A stretch of DNA of 63,734 nt, filler included, from Octopus bimaculoides (GCF_001194135.2; 6 parts of 6 records of this genome joined end to end with filler, not necessarily neighbours in it); one strand, 5' to 3'. Shown: positions 49,101-61,485, numbered from the whole stretch's first letter. Numbers and translations: made by a program. Notes: generated by a model not told the origin, from the sequence alone.

Positions 49101-50031
49101 TAATCTTCTAGTAACTACTCCCCTCCTGCATAGATCAGTAAGTTAGTGTCACTTATATTTTTAGTATTTATCTCACTGATTCTCTAGTTATATCTAGAAA
49201 CGTTCGTAGTCATATCTAGTAACTTACTTCTCTTGACATAATTTAATGCCGTTAATCTTTTTCTTTCTTCTTTACTCATTGCTTTTTGCAACTCATCAAA
49301 AATCTTTTAATCTTCTTCATTTAAGTAGCTTAAGTCGCTGGTGCTAGTTGTCCTTTCCTGATCGGTAATGCCATTATCATTTTCGTTTAGGTTCTCCTTT
49401 GGTTTGAACTGTATCTCTTATGCTGTTGTTGGTCTTTTCTAAAGCTTGGTCTTTCTTTTCCAATTCTCTTTCGATCTCTTCTACCTCCAATTCTGTCATC
49501 CACTTACTTCTTCTTATAGCATTATCCTAGTCTACTAGTTTTTGCTCAGTCACTTTAAACATACCCTTCTCTACCCAAAGTGTTAACATCCGTTAATATA
49601 ACCCCTTCTTTTAGGTTCACTTTCTAAGTAGCGCTACAGCACGATCCTATTTTCTTCGCTAGTCCACTTCCCTCTCTTTACTCTATTATGTGCTGATGCT
49701 GTCATAGGATAACAGTTGCAGTCAATCTGCATTGGTACTGAACCATTGCCGAACGAGAAGCCTTCCCTTAAAATTTCAGCCTCATTTTCGAAAGACTTTT
49801 GTCTCCCATAAACAGAGGTAAGGTAATATTCGTCATCGCCATTATTATTATTCGACATCTGATAGTTTCAAGTAAGTTTCTATTGCATCATTTGCTACAC
49901 TTTCGTGCTGCTGAGGTGTATGAAGTATTGTTATTTTTTGTTGTTTGCGGAGTTTTCTATTGCATCAGTATATTTTGTTATGGGGTTTGGGCTGAGTCTT
50001 TTATTGCATTAGCGTTTGTATTAGTGTATTC
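46194..50031 (-). mobile_element. Near-full-length R4/Dong-clade retrotransposon (copy C; Myb-like N-terminus, RT, RLE; disrupted)
   Basis: N-terminal RGKWTSEENRIVL...RRGY...VTEQKLVD; RT (KMPNWK, EQKGC, IAWIDYRKAY, LYMDDLKLF); RLE (FLWGFNIQADRVIEAKRPDLVVVDK); (AAT)n tail at 46090-46193. 5' boundary approximate. Confidence 0.92.
47965..48183 (+). mobile_element. Young SINE family B inserted in Dong copy C
   Basis: Complete copy flanked by a perfect 12-bp TSD atccatgctatt (47953-47964 and 48184-48195). Confidence 0.95.
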
Positions 50032-50046
50032 TATTATTATAGTATT

Positions 50047-50282
50047 GTGGTGAGCTGGAAGATTGGACGAAATGCTTAGATATATTTCGCCTGTCGCTAC
50101 GTTGTGAGTTTAAATTCCGACGAGATCGACTTTGCTTTTCCTCCTTTCGGGGTCGATAAATTAAGTACCAGTGGAACACTGGGGTCGATGCCCGCCTCCC
50201 CTAAAATTTCAGGCCTTGTGCTTATAGTAGAAAGTATTATTATTATTATTATTATTATTGTTATTATTATTATTACTATGAC

Positions 50283-50346
<64 letters not shown>

Positions 50347-50468
50347 TACTTTCAATCTTCATGTTTGTTACAGTCACTTGCCGAGACACACCCAGTGTTC
50401 TGGAGCGAGTGAAGGACAGATATTACAGTATGACTGAAAGCTTGGGGAGTTATTATTATTATTATTAC

Positions 50469-50519
<51 letters not shown>

Positions 50520-50745
50520 GAGCTGGCAGAATCGTTAGCACGCCGGGCAAAAATGCTTAGTGGTATTTCGTTCATCTTTTCGTTCTGAGCTCAAATTCCG
50601 CAAAGGTCAACTTTGCCTCTCGTCCTTTCGGGGTCGATAAACTAAGTACCATTTGAAACACTGGGATCGATGTAATCGACTAGTTCCGTCCTCCAAAATT
50701 TCAAGGTCTTGTGCCTTCAGTAGAAAGGATTATTATTATTATTGT
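50047..50745 (+). mobile_element. Two SINE family B copies with long (ATT)n tails
   Basis: Copies at about 50047-50235 and 50518-50730, each followed by (ATT)n; the second is also preceded by (ATT)n. Confidence 0.82.
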
Positions 50746-50851
50746 TTTTCTTATTGTTTATATAGAGGAACGTTTTTCAATATCACTCTTGATCTGAAAA
50801 TATACAAAAGCGATAATTTTGTTCTTCATAGTCATGAAAACATACACGCAT

Positions 50852-50901
<50 letters not shown>

Positions 50902-51672
50902 CTATATAAATATAAAGGGAGTCTGTGTATATAGGGAGCCTCGATTCTGTTTTCGTAACTTACTNNNNNNNNNNNNNNNNNNNNNNNNNNNNNNNNNNNN
51001 NNNNNNNNNNNNNNNNNNNNNNNNNNNNNNNNNNNNNNNNNNNNNNNNNNNNNNNNNNNNNNNNNNNNNNNNNNNNNNNNNNNNNNNNNNNNNNNNNNNN
51101 NNNNNNNNNNNNNNNNNNNNNNNNNNNNNNNNNNNNNNNNNNNNNNNNNNNNNNNNNNNNNNNNNNNNNNNNNNNNNNNNNNNNNNNNNNNNNNNNNNNN
51201 NNNNNNNNNNNNNNNNNNNNNNNNNNNNNNNNNNNNNNNNNNNNNNNNNNNNNNNNNNNNNNNNNNNNNNNNNNNNNNNNNNNNNNNNNNNNNNNNNNNN
51301 NNNNNNNNNNNNNNNNNNNNNNNNNNNNNNNNNNNNNNNNNNNNNNNNNNNNNNNNNNNNNNNNNNNNNNNNNNNNNNNNNNNNNNNNNNNNNNNNNNNN
51401 NNNNNNNNNNNNNNNNNNNNNNNNNNNNNNNNNNNNNNNNNNNNNNNNNNNNNNNNNNNNNNNNNNNNNNNNNNNNNNNNNNNNNNNNNNNNNNNNNNNN
51501 NNNNNNNNNNNNNNNNNNNNNNNNNNNNNNNNNNNNNNNNNNNNNNNNNNNNNNNNNNNNNNNNNNNNNNNNNNNNNNNNNNNNNNNNNNNNNNNNNNNN
51601 NNNNNNNNNNNNNNNNNNNNNNNNNNNNNNNNNNNNNNNNNNNNNNNNNNNNNNNNNNNNNNNNNNNNNNNN

Positions 51673-51903
51673 TGTGTGTGTGTGTGTGTGTGTGTGTGTG
51701 TCTGTGTTTGTCCCCCAAACATTGCTTGACAACCGATGCTGGTGTGTTTACGTCCCCGTAACTTAGCAGTTCGGCAAAAGAGACCGATAGAATAAGTACT
51801 AAGCTTCCAAAGAATAAGTCCTGGGGTCGATTTGCTCGACTAAAGGCGGTGCTCCAGCATGGCCACAGTCAAATGACTGAAATAAGTAAAAGAGTAAAAG
51901 AGT
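51673..51903 (+). mobile_element. SINE family A 3' half (5' in gap)
   Basis: gtttgtccccc...ctccagcatggccacagtcaaatgactgaaataagtaaaagagtaaaagagt. Confidence 0.88.
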
Positions 51904-52168
51904 AGGAGAAAAATAGTGGAGTGCAGGGTTAACGAGGAAAATAAACTAGAATCTAAAGTACCTAGTGACAGCCTGTCTGGTTAAACGGACTCTTTTTAAG
52001 CTACGCGATTAAGTGAGTACAGTAAAATGCTATTGAAACACACCCGTCTTTTAAAATCCCTTCATCAGACCGAAATCACAGATCTGGATTATACTGATGA
52101 CGTGGGCGTTACTTGGCTCATCCAACAAGGAACTTCAAGTATAGACCATTCAATAAGATGTGCACACT

Positions 52169-52212
<44 letters not shown>

Positions 52213-52236
52213 TGTGTGTGTATGTATGTATGTATG

Positions 52237-52278
<42 letters not shown>

Positions 52279-52378
52279 NNNNNNNNNNNNNNNNNNNNNN
52301 NNNNNNNNNNNNNNNNNNNNNNTTAATTAATTAANNNNNNNNNNNNNNNNNNNNNNNNNNNNNNNNNNNNNNNNNNNN

Positions 52379-52588
52379 CATCTCTGTCTCTGTCACATCT
52401 CTGTCTCTGTCACATCTCTGTCTCAGTCACATCTCTGTCTCAGTCACATCTCTGTCTCTGTCACATCTCTGTCTCTGTCACATCTCTGTCTCTGTCACAT
52501 CTCTGTCTCAGTCACATCTCTGTCTCAGTCACATCTCTGTCTCTGTCACATCTCTGTCTCAGTCACATCTCTGTCTCTGTCACATCTC
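52379..52588. repeat. 17-bp minisatellite CATCTCTGTCTC(T/A)GTCA, about 12 copies
   Basis: Directly visible tandem units that differ only at one T/A position. Confidence 0.9.
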
Positions 52589-53032
52589 TCACATATCACA
52601 CTTACCTCACACACATAAACCATTTCCACTCATATCTCTCTGACTTCTATATCTACCTCTCTTCAACACATCTCTGACACATATATTACACTTATCCCTC
52701 ATATATACTCGTCTTTCTTATACACATCTCTCATATTTACATCCTTCTCACACACATCCCTCTTTCTTTCTTTCTTTCCTTCTTTCTTTCTTTCCTTCCT
52801 TCTTTCTTTCTCCCCCCTCTCTCTCTCTCTCACACACACACATTCCTGGCACATACGTCACATTTATCTCACGCCTATGCATAACCTTACGCTCACATTT
52901 CACTCGCACGACATATTTCTCATATACCGTATCTGACGCACATATAATATCTCCGTCTCAAAAACACATCACTCAAACACGTTTTACATACATTCACGTA
53001 TGTTCACAACACATCTGTCACTTACATCTGCG

Positions 53033-53068
<36 letters not shown>

Positions 53069-53506
53069 ATACACATATCTCACGCATACACATACTATTT
53101 TTTATGCACATTCCTTTCTTTCAAACACTTCTCTCAAACATGTTACATCCACACACACATTTCTCTCTCTCCCTCTCTCCCTCCCTCCCCATCTCTCTCT
53201 CTCTCTCTCTCGCATTTATCTGACTCACATACCTCCACACACAGTATCACTCACGCACAATTTCTTTCAAACGTCTTACATTCACATATCTTCACACATC
53301 TCTCCGTGTCTCTCAATCTCTTCTGTCTTCTCTCTCTTTCTCTCACGCATGTACACACAAGCATCTCCCAAACAAATCCTATAAACATTTCTCTCTTTAT
53401 ATCTCATTTACACACTCACTCACACACATACACACACACGTCATATTTCACATATAAATACATACATATGTACATATTTACACTTACCCATTATTCACAT
53501 TTCTTT

Positions 53507-53547
<41 letters not shown>

Positions 53548-53797
53548 TTGCTTTCTTCCCTATCCTCTTCCTTTCTAATCCCAAATTTTCAAAGTCAATT
53601 TAATCCTTCACCACTTTTACTTTCACTATCACTTCTATGTCTCCATTTTCTTTTTTCTTTTTCTTTTTCTCCTTCTTACACTCTTTTCCTCGCTATTTTT
53701 TTTACTTTATATCCGTCATCGATCCAACTCGTTCCTCACCATCTTTCTACCCCATCTACCCCATCTACCCGCTGAGCCATCTTTCACCTCTTGCTTT

Positions 53798-54015
53798 TAT
53801 TACTTCCGCCTTAGCGAAGGCGGAGGTATTGTCTTCAGTCGTGTTTGTTTGTTTGTTTGTCCGTAGACAAGATATCTCAAGAACCGCTGGATGGATTCGG
53901 ATGAAACTTCCAGGGTTGTTTGACCTCGTGACTGGCACGAACTGATTAGATTTTGGGATCGATCCGATACTGGACAAGGATTCTGGATTATTTTTCCTGT
54001 TTTTTTTTTTTTGAG
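53798..54015 (+). mobile_element. Helentron-associated / DINE-1-like non-autonomous element (5' part)
   Basis: T-rich insertion site; 5' hairpin TACTTCCGCC-ttagcgaa-GGCGGAGGTA; (GTTT)n; then gatatctcaagaaccgctggatggattcggatgaaactt. Runs into a gap. Confidence 0.7.
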
Positions 54016-54573
54016 NNNNNNNNNNNNNNNNNNNNNNNNNNNNNNNNNNNNNNNNNNNNNNNNNNNNNNNNNNNNNNNNNNNNNNNNNNNNNNNNNNNNN
54101 NNNNNNNNNNNNNNNNNNNNNNNNNNNNNNNNNNNNNNNNNNNNNNNNNNNNNNNNNNNNNNNNNNNNNNNNNNNNNNNNNNNNNNNNNNNNNNNNNNNN
54201 NNNNNNNNNNNNNNNNNNNNNNNNNNNNNNNNNNNNNNNNNNNNNNNNNNNNNNNNNNNNNNNNNNNNNNNNNNNNNNNNNNNNNNNNNNNNNNNNNNNN
54301 NNNNNNNNNNNNNNNNNNNNNNNNNNNNNNNNNNNNNNNNNNNNNNNNNNNNNNNNNNNNNNNNNNNNNNNNNNNNNNNNNNNNNNNNNNNNNNNNNNNN
54401 NNNNNNNNNNNNNNNNNNNNNNNNNNNNNNNNNNNNNNNNNNNNNNNNNNNNNNNNNNNNNNNNNNNNNNNNNNNNNNNNNNNNNNNNNNNNNNNNNNNN
54501 NNNNNNNNNNNNNNNNNNNNNNNNNNNNNNNNNNNNNNNNNNNNNNNNNNNNNNNNNNNNNNNNNNNNNNNNN

Positions 54574-54720
54574 GTCTGTCCGTCCGTCTGTCTGTCCGTC
54601 CGTCTGTCTGTCCGTCCGTCTGTCTGTCCGTCCGTCTGTCTGTCCGTCTGTCTGTCTGTCCGTCCGTCTGTCCGTCCGTCTGTCTGTCTGTCTGTCTGCA
54701 TGCCTGCCTGTCTGTCTGTT
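54574..54720. repeat. (GTCC/GTCT)n compound microsatellite
   Basis: Visible after the gap. (GTCY)n is a DINE-1/HINE hallmark, so this may belong to such an element. Confidence 0.7.
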
Positions 54721-55328
54721 CATTCAATGCAGCTAAAAAAAACACCTCCCCAGCGAATCTGACAAACCACGGTGAGTCAACCAGGCTAGAAATAACAACC
54801 AAATTCTCACAAATTACACATAACATCTTAATAACGAGTAGGACACATTAGATAATCTATTCCTATATACTCATCAAAAAAAAAGAGAAAGAAAGAAAGA
54901 ATGAAAGAAATAAAGAAAGAAAGAAGGAAAGAAAAAAAAGAAAGGAGATTAATATCAGAGTTGGAATACTTTTGATCATAAGTTTGCTCAGTCTGAGTTG
55001 ACCTGGGGCTAAACAATAACGACGACGACAACAACATCAACACCAACAACAACTACAACTGCTAACAGTCCAAGTGACAGCTGCCAGTTCTGCTACAGTT
55101 CCACTTTATTTCTTTCTCTGAGAGTTACGTTCTTCACATTGCAAGACAGTCTGTTTTCTTCTCAACAACCGATCGTTGGTTTGTCTGAAGCCGATAGCTC
55201 GCCCTTCTTTTCGGAGTACAGCACCAGTATCAATACGAACGTGACCTGCTAGAAATAGCAGCATAACGTTCAATAAGTCAACACTGAACAGTATTAAAAT
55301 GAAAATGTAGGATACATTCGCCGATATA

Positions 55329-55844
55329 GCTCTAGAATTTTTTAAAATGTTGTGTTGGTCTATTCGTTCAGGGATAACAGGAACTAAATGTTAACAAGGT
55401 CAGCCGCAATAATAACACCAGCGATGACAGATGATAATAAGGTGGCTCGTAAGTGACAGCTCGACCAGCTAGAAATAACTACTAGTTCTCCCTCAAATCA
55501 CGTACTGCTACCTTTAAAATAAGATTGAATACATTGGAATTCGATAATGAGTTACTCTTTTACTCTTTTACTTGTTTCAGTCATTTGACTGCGGCCACGC
55601 TGGAGCAACGCCTTTAGTCGAGCAAATCGACCCCAGGACTTATTCTTTGTAAGCCTGGTACTTATTCTATCGGTCTCTTTTTGCCGAACCGCTAAGTTAC
55701 GGGGACGTAAACACACCAGCATCGGTTGTCAAGCGATGCTGGGGGGACAAACACGGACACACACACACACACANNNNNNNNNNNNNNNNNNNNNNNNNNN
55801 NNNNNNNNNNNNNNNNNNNNNNNNNNNNNNNNNNNNNNNNNNNN

Positions 55845-55885
<41 letters not shown>

Positions 55886-56308
55886 TACGACGGGCTTCTT
55901 TCAGTTTCCGTCTACCAAATCCACTCACAAGGCTTTGGTTGGCCCGAGGCTATAATAGAAGACACTTGCCCAAGGTGCCACGCAGTGGGACTGAACCCGG
56001 AACTATGTGGTTGGTAAGCAAGCCACTTACCACACAGCCACTCCTGCTCTAAATTTTTTTAAAATGTTGTGTTGGTCACAGCTGGAACGTCTTTTAGCAT
56101 TGGTCTATTCGTTCAGCGATAACAGGAACTAAATGTTAACCACGACAACAAGGTCAGCCACAATAATAACACCAGCGATGACAGAAGATGATAAGGTGGC
56201 TCGTAAGTGACAGCTCGACCAGCTAGAAATAACTACTAATTTCTCCCTCAAATTATATACTGCTACCTTTAAAATAAGATTGAATACAACGGAATTCGAT
56301 AATGAGTT
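55329..56308. repeat. 225/263-bp direct duplication bracketing a SINE
   Basis: 55329-55553 is homologous to 56046-56308, with SINE A between them. Confidence 0.9.
55554..56047 (-). mobile_element. SINE family A, full length
   Basis: actcttttactcttttacttg...cacacagccactcctgc. Confidence 0.92.
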
Positions 56309-56998
56309 GAAAATAAATATTAAATGAAAGACGGGATGATCATGTTAGAAATAGTTTTTGACCAAAGGTCTGTTCAATCGGGGCCGACTGGAGCTGAACA
56401 AGAACAACATCATCATCCTCATCATCCTCATCATCATCAACAACAAGAACAACAAGAACAAGAACGACAACAACAACAGCAGCAGCAGCAGCAGCAGCAG
56501 AGGTGTAACATCGGTGTATAACACGACTTCAACAACAAACAACATTAACGATTGTAACATGGCTCTAACAGTAATAATAGAAACATTTTCAAATGGAACA
56601 GTGACAAAAGTATTAATGGATAAGAAGACTTTAATCACAACAGCAGCACCTATCAAGGGTTGTGACAATAATAGTAACAACAACAGCGACACATATTAGG
56701 AATGTAACTAACAACAACAACAACGAAACGAGGACTGTAACATTACCAACAGCAACATTAACAGGTGTAACTGTTGCACATAACAGGACTGTAACATTAC
56801 AAAGAGCAACATTAATAGGTATAACAGTGGCATATACCTGAACTGTAACTTTAGCAACAGCAGTAGCGTTGATATTTGTAATAGCAATACATAGCAGGAC
56901 TGTAACATTAACAATAGCAAAAGTAACATTAACAGGTGTAACAGCGGCATATACCAGAATAGTAACTTTAACAACAGTAACATTAACAGGTGTAACAT

Positions 56999-57389
56999 CG
57001 TTGTTGTTGCTAGCACTCCGTCGCTTACGACGTCGAGGGTTCCTGTTGATCCGATCAACAGAACAGCCTGCTCGTGAAATTAATGTGCATGTGGCCGAGC
57101 ACTCCACAGACACGTGTTCCCTTAACGTAGTTCTCGGGGATATTCAGCGTGACACAGTGTGACAAGGCTGACCCTTTGAATTACAGGCACAACAGAAACA
57201 GGAAGTAAGAGTGAGAGAAAGTTGTGGTGAAAGAGTACAGCAGGGTTCGCCACCATCCCCTGCCGGAGCCTCGTGGAGCTTTAGGTGTTTTCGCTCAATA
57301 AACACTCACAACGCCCGGTCTGGGAATCGAAACCGCGATGCTATGACCGCGAGTCCGCTGCCCTAACCACTGGGCCATTACGCCTCCAC
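56999..57389 (-). mobile_element. SINE family D, full length with (AAC)n tail and TSD
   Basis: Minus strand TGGCCCAGTGG and GTTTCGATTCC boxes; 3' hairpin CGTCG-taag-CGACG; 10-bp TSD ggtgtaacat (56989-56998 and 57390-57399). Confidence 0.88.
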
Positions 57390-57597
57390 GGTGTAACATA
57401 GCATATGACAAAACTGTAACATTAACAACAATAACATTTATATTAGTAACAGCAGTACATAACAGGACTTTAACATTAACTACAAGAGTAACAAGTATAA
57501 CCGCAGCACATACGAGGATTATAATATTAACAACAGCAACATTAACAGGAATAACAGTAGCACATAAGAGGATTGTGACATTAATAACAACATCATT

Positions 57598-57766
57598 AAC
57601 AGGAGTGGCTGTGTGGTAAGTAGCTTGCTTACCAACCACATGGTTCCGGGTTCAGTCCCACTGCGTGGCACCTTGGGCAAGTGTCTTCTGCTATAACCTC
57701 GGGCCGACCAAATCCTTGTGAGTGGATTTGGTATACGGAAACTGAAAGAAGCCCGTCATATATATG

Positions 57767-57813
<47 letters not shown>

Positions 57814-58021
57814 TTGTGTGTTTGTCCCCCCCCCAGCATTGCTTGACAACCGATGCTGGTGTGTTTATGTCCCCGTCACTTACCGGTTCGGCAAAAAGAG
57901 ACCGATAGAATAAGTACTAGGCTTCCAAAGAATAAGTCCTGGGGGGTAGATTTGCTCGATTAAAGGCGGTGCTCCAGCACGGCCGCAGTCAAATGTCTGA
58001 AACAAGTAAAAGAGTAAAAGA
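57598..58021 (+). mobile_element. SINE family A, near full length
   Basis: aggagtggctgtgtggtaag...aaacaagtaaaagagtaaaag. Confidence 0.92.
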
Positions 58022-58729
58022 GGTGTAACAGCAGCAATAACAGAACAGTAACATTAGCAGTGGCACTATTAACAGCTGTAACATCATCAGTAGATCAAAA
58101 AAATATAAGTAACATCAGCAACACTAATACTAACATCGAACACAGCTAAAACAGCTGCTGCATTTATCACTGCTGATACTGTAACGCATAAAAAAGAGCT
58201 AACAAGTGGGATGAGGGCAAAATAGTAAGTTAACCTGCTTGAAATAACAAATGAATCTCCCTTAGATTACACTCTAATTTTCTAGATTAAGACATGACAT
58301 ATTAAGGTAGTGTAGTCCTACATAACTAGAAAGACGGGATGGTCGTGGCTGGATTACGATGACCGTTTTTGTTCACAGACCTGCTCGATCGGGGTTTACC
58401 ATGCATCAAATAAACATCTACAGTAATAACAAGAATATTTACAACTACAACAACAACAACTGCACGCTTAACGATGCACACACGCGCGCACGTACAAACG
58501 CGCACAAATAACCTACCGAGGGGCGCACCTTAATGTTGTCTCAACCTGCTAGAAATAGCAATCAAATCTGCTCCAAATCACTCCTTACAGTCTTGAAAAG
58601 GAAAGAGGAGGTATTAGTGGCTCTCCTAATAACATTTGTTGCTTATATTGACACAAAGTGAACAAATTATAAAGAAATACATTATCAACATAATCCATGC
58701 CAGTATATAACTGTTACTGATTTATCGAT

Positions 58730-59575
58730 CCCAGGCGACAAGCTGGCAAATTCTTTAGCATGTCGGACTTAGTGGTATTTCTGTCGATTCCTTAAGTTCT
58801 GTGTTCAAATTTCGCGGAGGTCGACTTCGTTTTTCATTCTTTCGGTATCCATAAAAAAAAGTACCGGTTGAGCACTGTGGTCAATGTAATCGGCTTGCTC
58901 TTTCTTTTCAAAATTGCTGGCTTTGTGCCAAAATTAGAAAGAATTTTACCGATCTCTAGGAAAGAAGGGAAACTCATACGCGATACAATTTAAACTCGGA
59001 TTGCAAAGAAACGTAACGTAAATACGGCAATTATTTTGTCTGTTACTCTTCTCATTCTGCTAACCATAGAACTACCACCTTCAGCTAGGATTTTTAACAG
59101 TAGTACAAAGAAACAAATATTGAGGAAGTGAAGTGTCGATTAAATCTACCACAGCGTATTACTGGTACTTTAACCATCATCGAGCCATAGATTTTAGCGC
59201 GAAGGAACGTATCTTAATACCACAATACATCTTGTCTGAGTCTGTTATCTACCGCCTTGCAACCCAAAATAATTATATTCTGGTATCAATTGGCTTATCA
59301 CCTTTAAGAATAATATTGTGGTATTTGCCTTTATACCACTCAAAATAGTCATTATAATGTTTTCAAATTTTGGTACTTGGCCAGCAATTTTGGGGGACGG
59401 GTTGAGTTGATTACATCGACCCCAGTGCTCAACTGGCACTTATTTTATCGACCCCGAAAGGATGAAAGGCAAAGTCGACCTCAGTGGCAGTTGAACTCAA
59501 AACATAAAGCCGAACGAAATGCCGCTAAATATTTTGTCTGGCGTGCTATCGATTCCGCCAGTTCGCCGACCAGTG
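58730..59575. mobile_element. Cluster of SINE family B copies (58730-58945 +, 58960-59200 - decayed, 59345-59575 -)
   Basis: gaggtcgacttcg...aagtacc on plus; accccgaaaggatgaaaggcaaagtcgacctc on minus. Confidence 0.7.
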
Positions 59576-59602
59576 GTTTCTGATTTATGTACAAGGCCAG
59601 CT

Positions 59603-59800
59603 GTGGAGGCGCAATGGCCCAGTGGTTAGGGCAGCAGACTCGCGGTCATAGGATCGCGGTTTCGATTCCCAGGCCAGGCGTTGTGAGTGTTTATTGAGCG
59701 AAAACACCTAAAGCTCCACGAGGCTCCGGCAGGGGATGGTGGCGAACTCTGCTGTACTCTTTCACCACAACTTTCTCTTACTCTTACTTCCTGTTTCTGT
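59603..59800 (+). mobile_element. SINE family D, 5' half (3' in gap)
   Basis: Near-identical to the reverse complement of 57190-57389. Confidence 0.88.
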
Positions 59801-59918
59801 NNNNNNNNNNNNNNNNNNNNNNNNNNNNNNNNNNNNNNNNNNNNTTAATTAATTAANNNNNNNNNNNNNNNNNNNNNNNNNNNNNNNNNNNNNNNNNNNN
59901 ATGCATCCGTGCATAGAC

Positions 59919-59970
<52 letters not shown>

Positions 59971-60855
59971 GTGCGGGTGCATTTGTGTGTGTATGTGAGT
60001 GCCAGTGTATGTGTGTGGCAAATTGCTGTTGTATGGCTGAATATGCGAGTCGTTGAACAAAAATAACTAGTGGTATTTAGTTACGTTTCTGGTTTCCCTT
60101 TACATGTAGGTAGACTTAGCTGTTTAACCTTACATCGTTGATAACATATGAACCAGGCACACATTGGGAGCGATGAAGTTGGCTACAATAGCCCTTCAAA
60201 GGGACATATTAGCATGGCTGCGGTTCAGTGATAGAGACCAGTGTATACAAATACATGCAAGAACTGCTGCACGTATGTGTATGTATGTATATTCAATCTT
60301 GTCTATATACATGCATGAGAGTGTGATTCGGCGCACGAGAAAGTGCGGCTTGTTGTTTTATGAAAACATGAAAGCATGTACTTATGATTTTCATATGGTG
60401 AGTAAATATCTGAATATACATGCGCAGTATATTTATAGAAGGATATCTGAGCGCGTATGTAAAGTTTGCTAAGTATATGTTTGCTTGTGTGAGTTTGTTT
60501 TGTGTATATGAATGTATGTGTTTGTACGTAGGTGTGTGTCTGAGTCGCTGAACGTGTGTGGAGTAAGTTATTTCTCATATGTAAACATTATATTCTGAAA
60601 AAAAGAAGCAAAATTGCGACTGTATGTATTTATGAGAGTGTACATGTTCAAAGAAAGTCTAGATATGCTGTCTTACTATGCGAACGCGTAATTAAGCTTT
60701 ACTTTGCTTTGTGCGGACGTAGATTCTTGAATATGTATGCTTATGTGTGTATATATGTGTGTGGGCGGATGTATGTATATAAACACACATGTATATATAT
60801 ATATGTATGTATGTACATATAAATATAAATATGCAGATATATACACATATATATA

Positions 60856-60893
<38 letters not shown>

Positions 60894-61358
60894 NNNNNNN
60901 NNNNNNNNNNNNNNNNNNNNNNNNNNNNNNNNNNNNNNNNNNNNNNNNNNNNNNNNNNNNNNNNNNNNNNNNNNNNNNNNNNNNNNNNNNNNNNNNNNNN
61001 NNNNNNNNNNNNNNNNNNNNNNNNNNNNNNNNNNNNNNNNNNNNNNNNNNNNNNNNNNNNNNNNNNNNNNNNNNNNNNNNNNNNNNNNNNNNNNNNNNNN
61101 NNNNNNNNNNNNNNNNNNNNNNNNNNNNNNNNNNNNNNNNNNNNNNNNNNNNNNNNNNNNNNNNNNNNNNNNNNNNNNNNNNNNNNNNNNNNNNNNNNNN
61201 NNNNNNNNNNNNNNNNNNNNNNNNNNNNNNNNNNNNNNNNNNNNNNNNNNNNNNNNNNNNNNNNNNNNNNNNNNNNNNNNNNNNNNNNNNNNNNNNNNNN
61301 NNNNNNNNNNNNNNNNNNNNNNNNNNNNNNNNNNNNNNNNNNNNNNNNNNNNNNNNNN

Positions 61359-61404
<46 letters not shown>

Positions 61405-61439
61405 GACGCTATTGTATAGCTTCACTGCGTATATATTTG

Positions 61440-61485
<46 letters not shown>

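Larger units (their letters stand above)
56500..58140. repeat. Degenerate AAC/TAAC-rich minisatellite (acattaacaggtgtaac...) interrupted by two SINEs
   Basis: Recurring ctgtaacattaac / acaggtgtaac units on both sides of the SINEs at 56999-57389 and 57598-58021. Confidence 0.75.

Noticed and set aside
52040-52070. Minus-strand CTGATGA-A-GGGATT half hammerhead
   Set aside because: No closing helix II strand or GAAA.
52075-52104. ITDLDYTDDV peptide resembling an RT YADD motif
   Set aside because: Only 10 residues with no flanking RT similarity; possibly a LINE crumb but not supportable.
52379-52588. CRISPR-like array
   Set aside because: Contiguous tandem units without unique spacers, eukaryotic context, no cas genes.
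56345-57113. Overlapping 113-160-aa ORFs rich in V/T/N/L
   Set aside because: Products of the degenerate minisatellite and a SINE tail.
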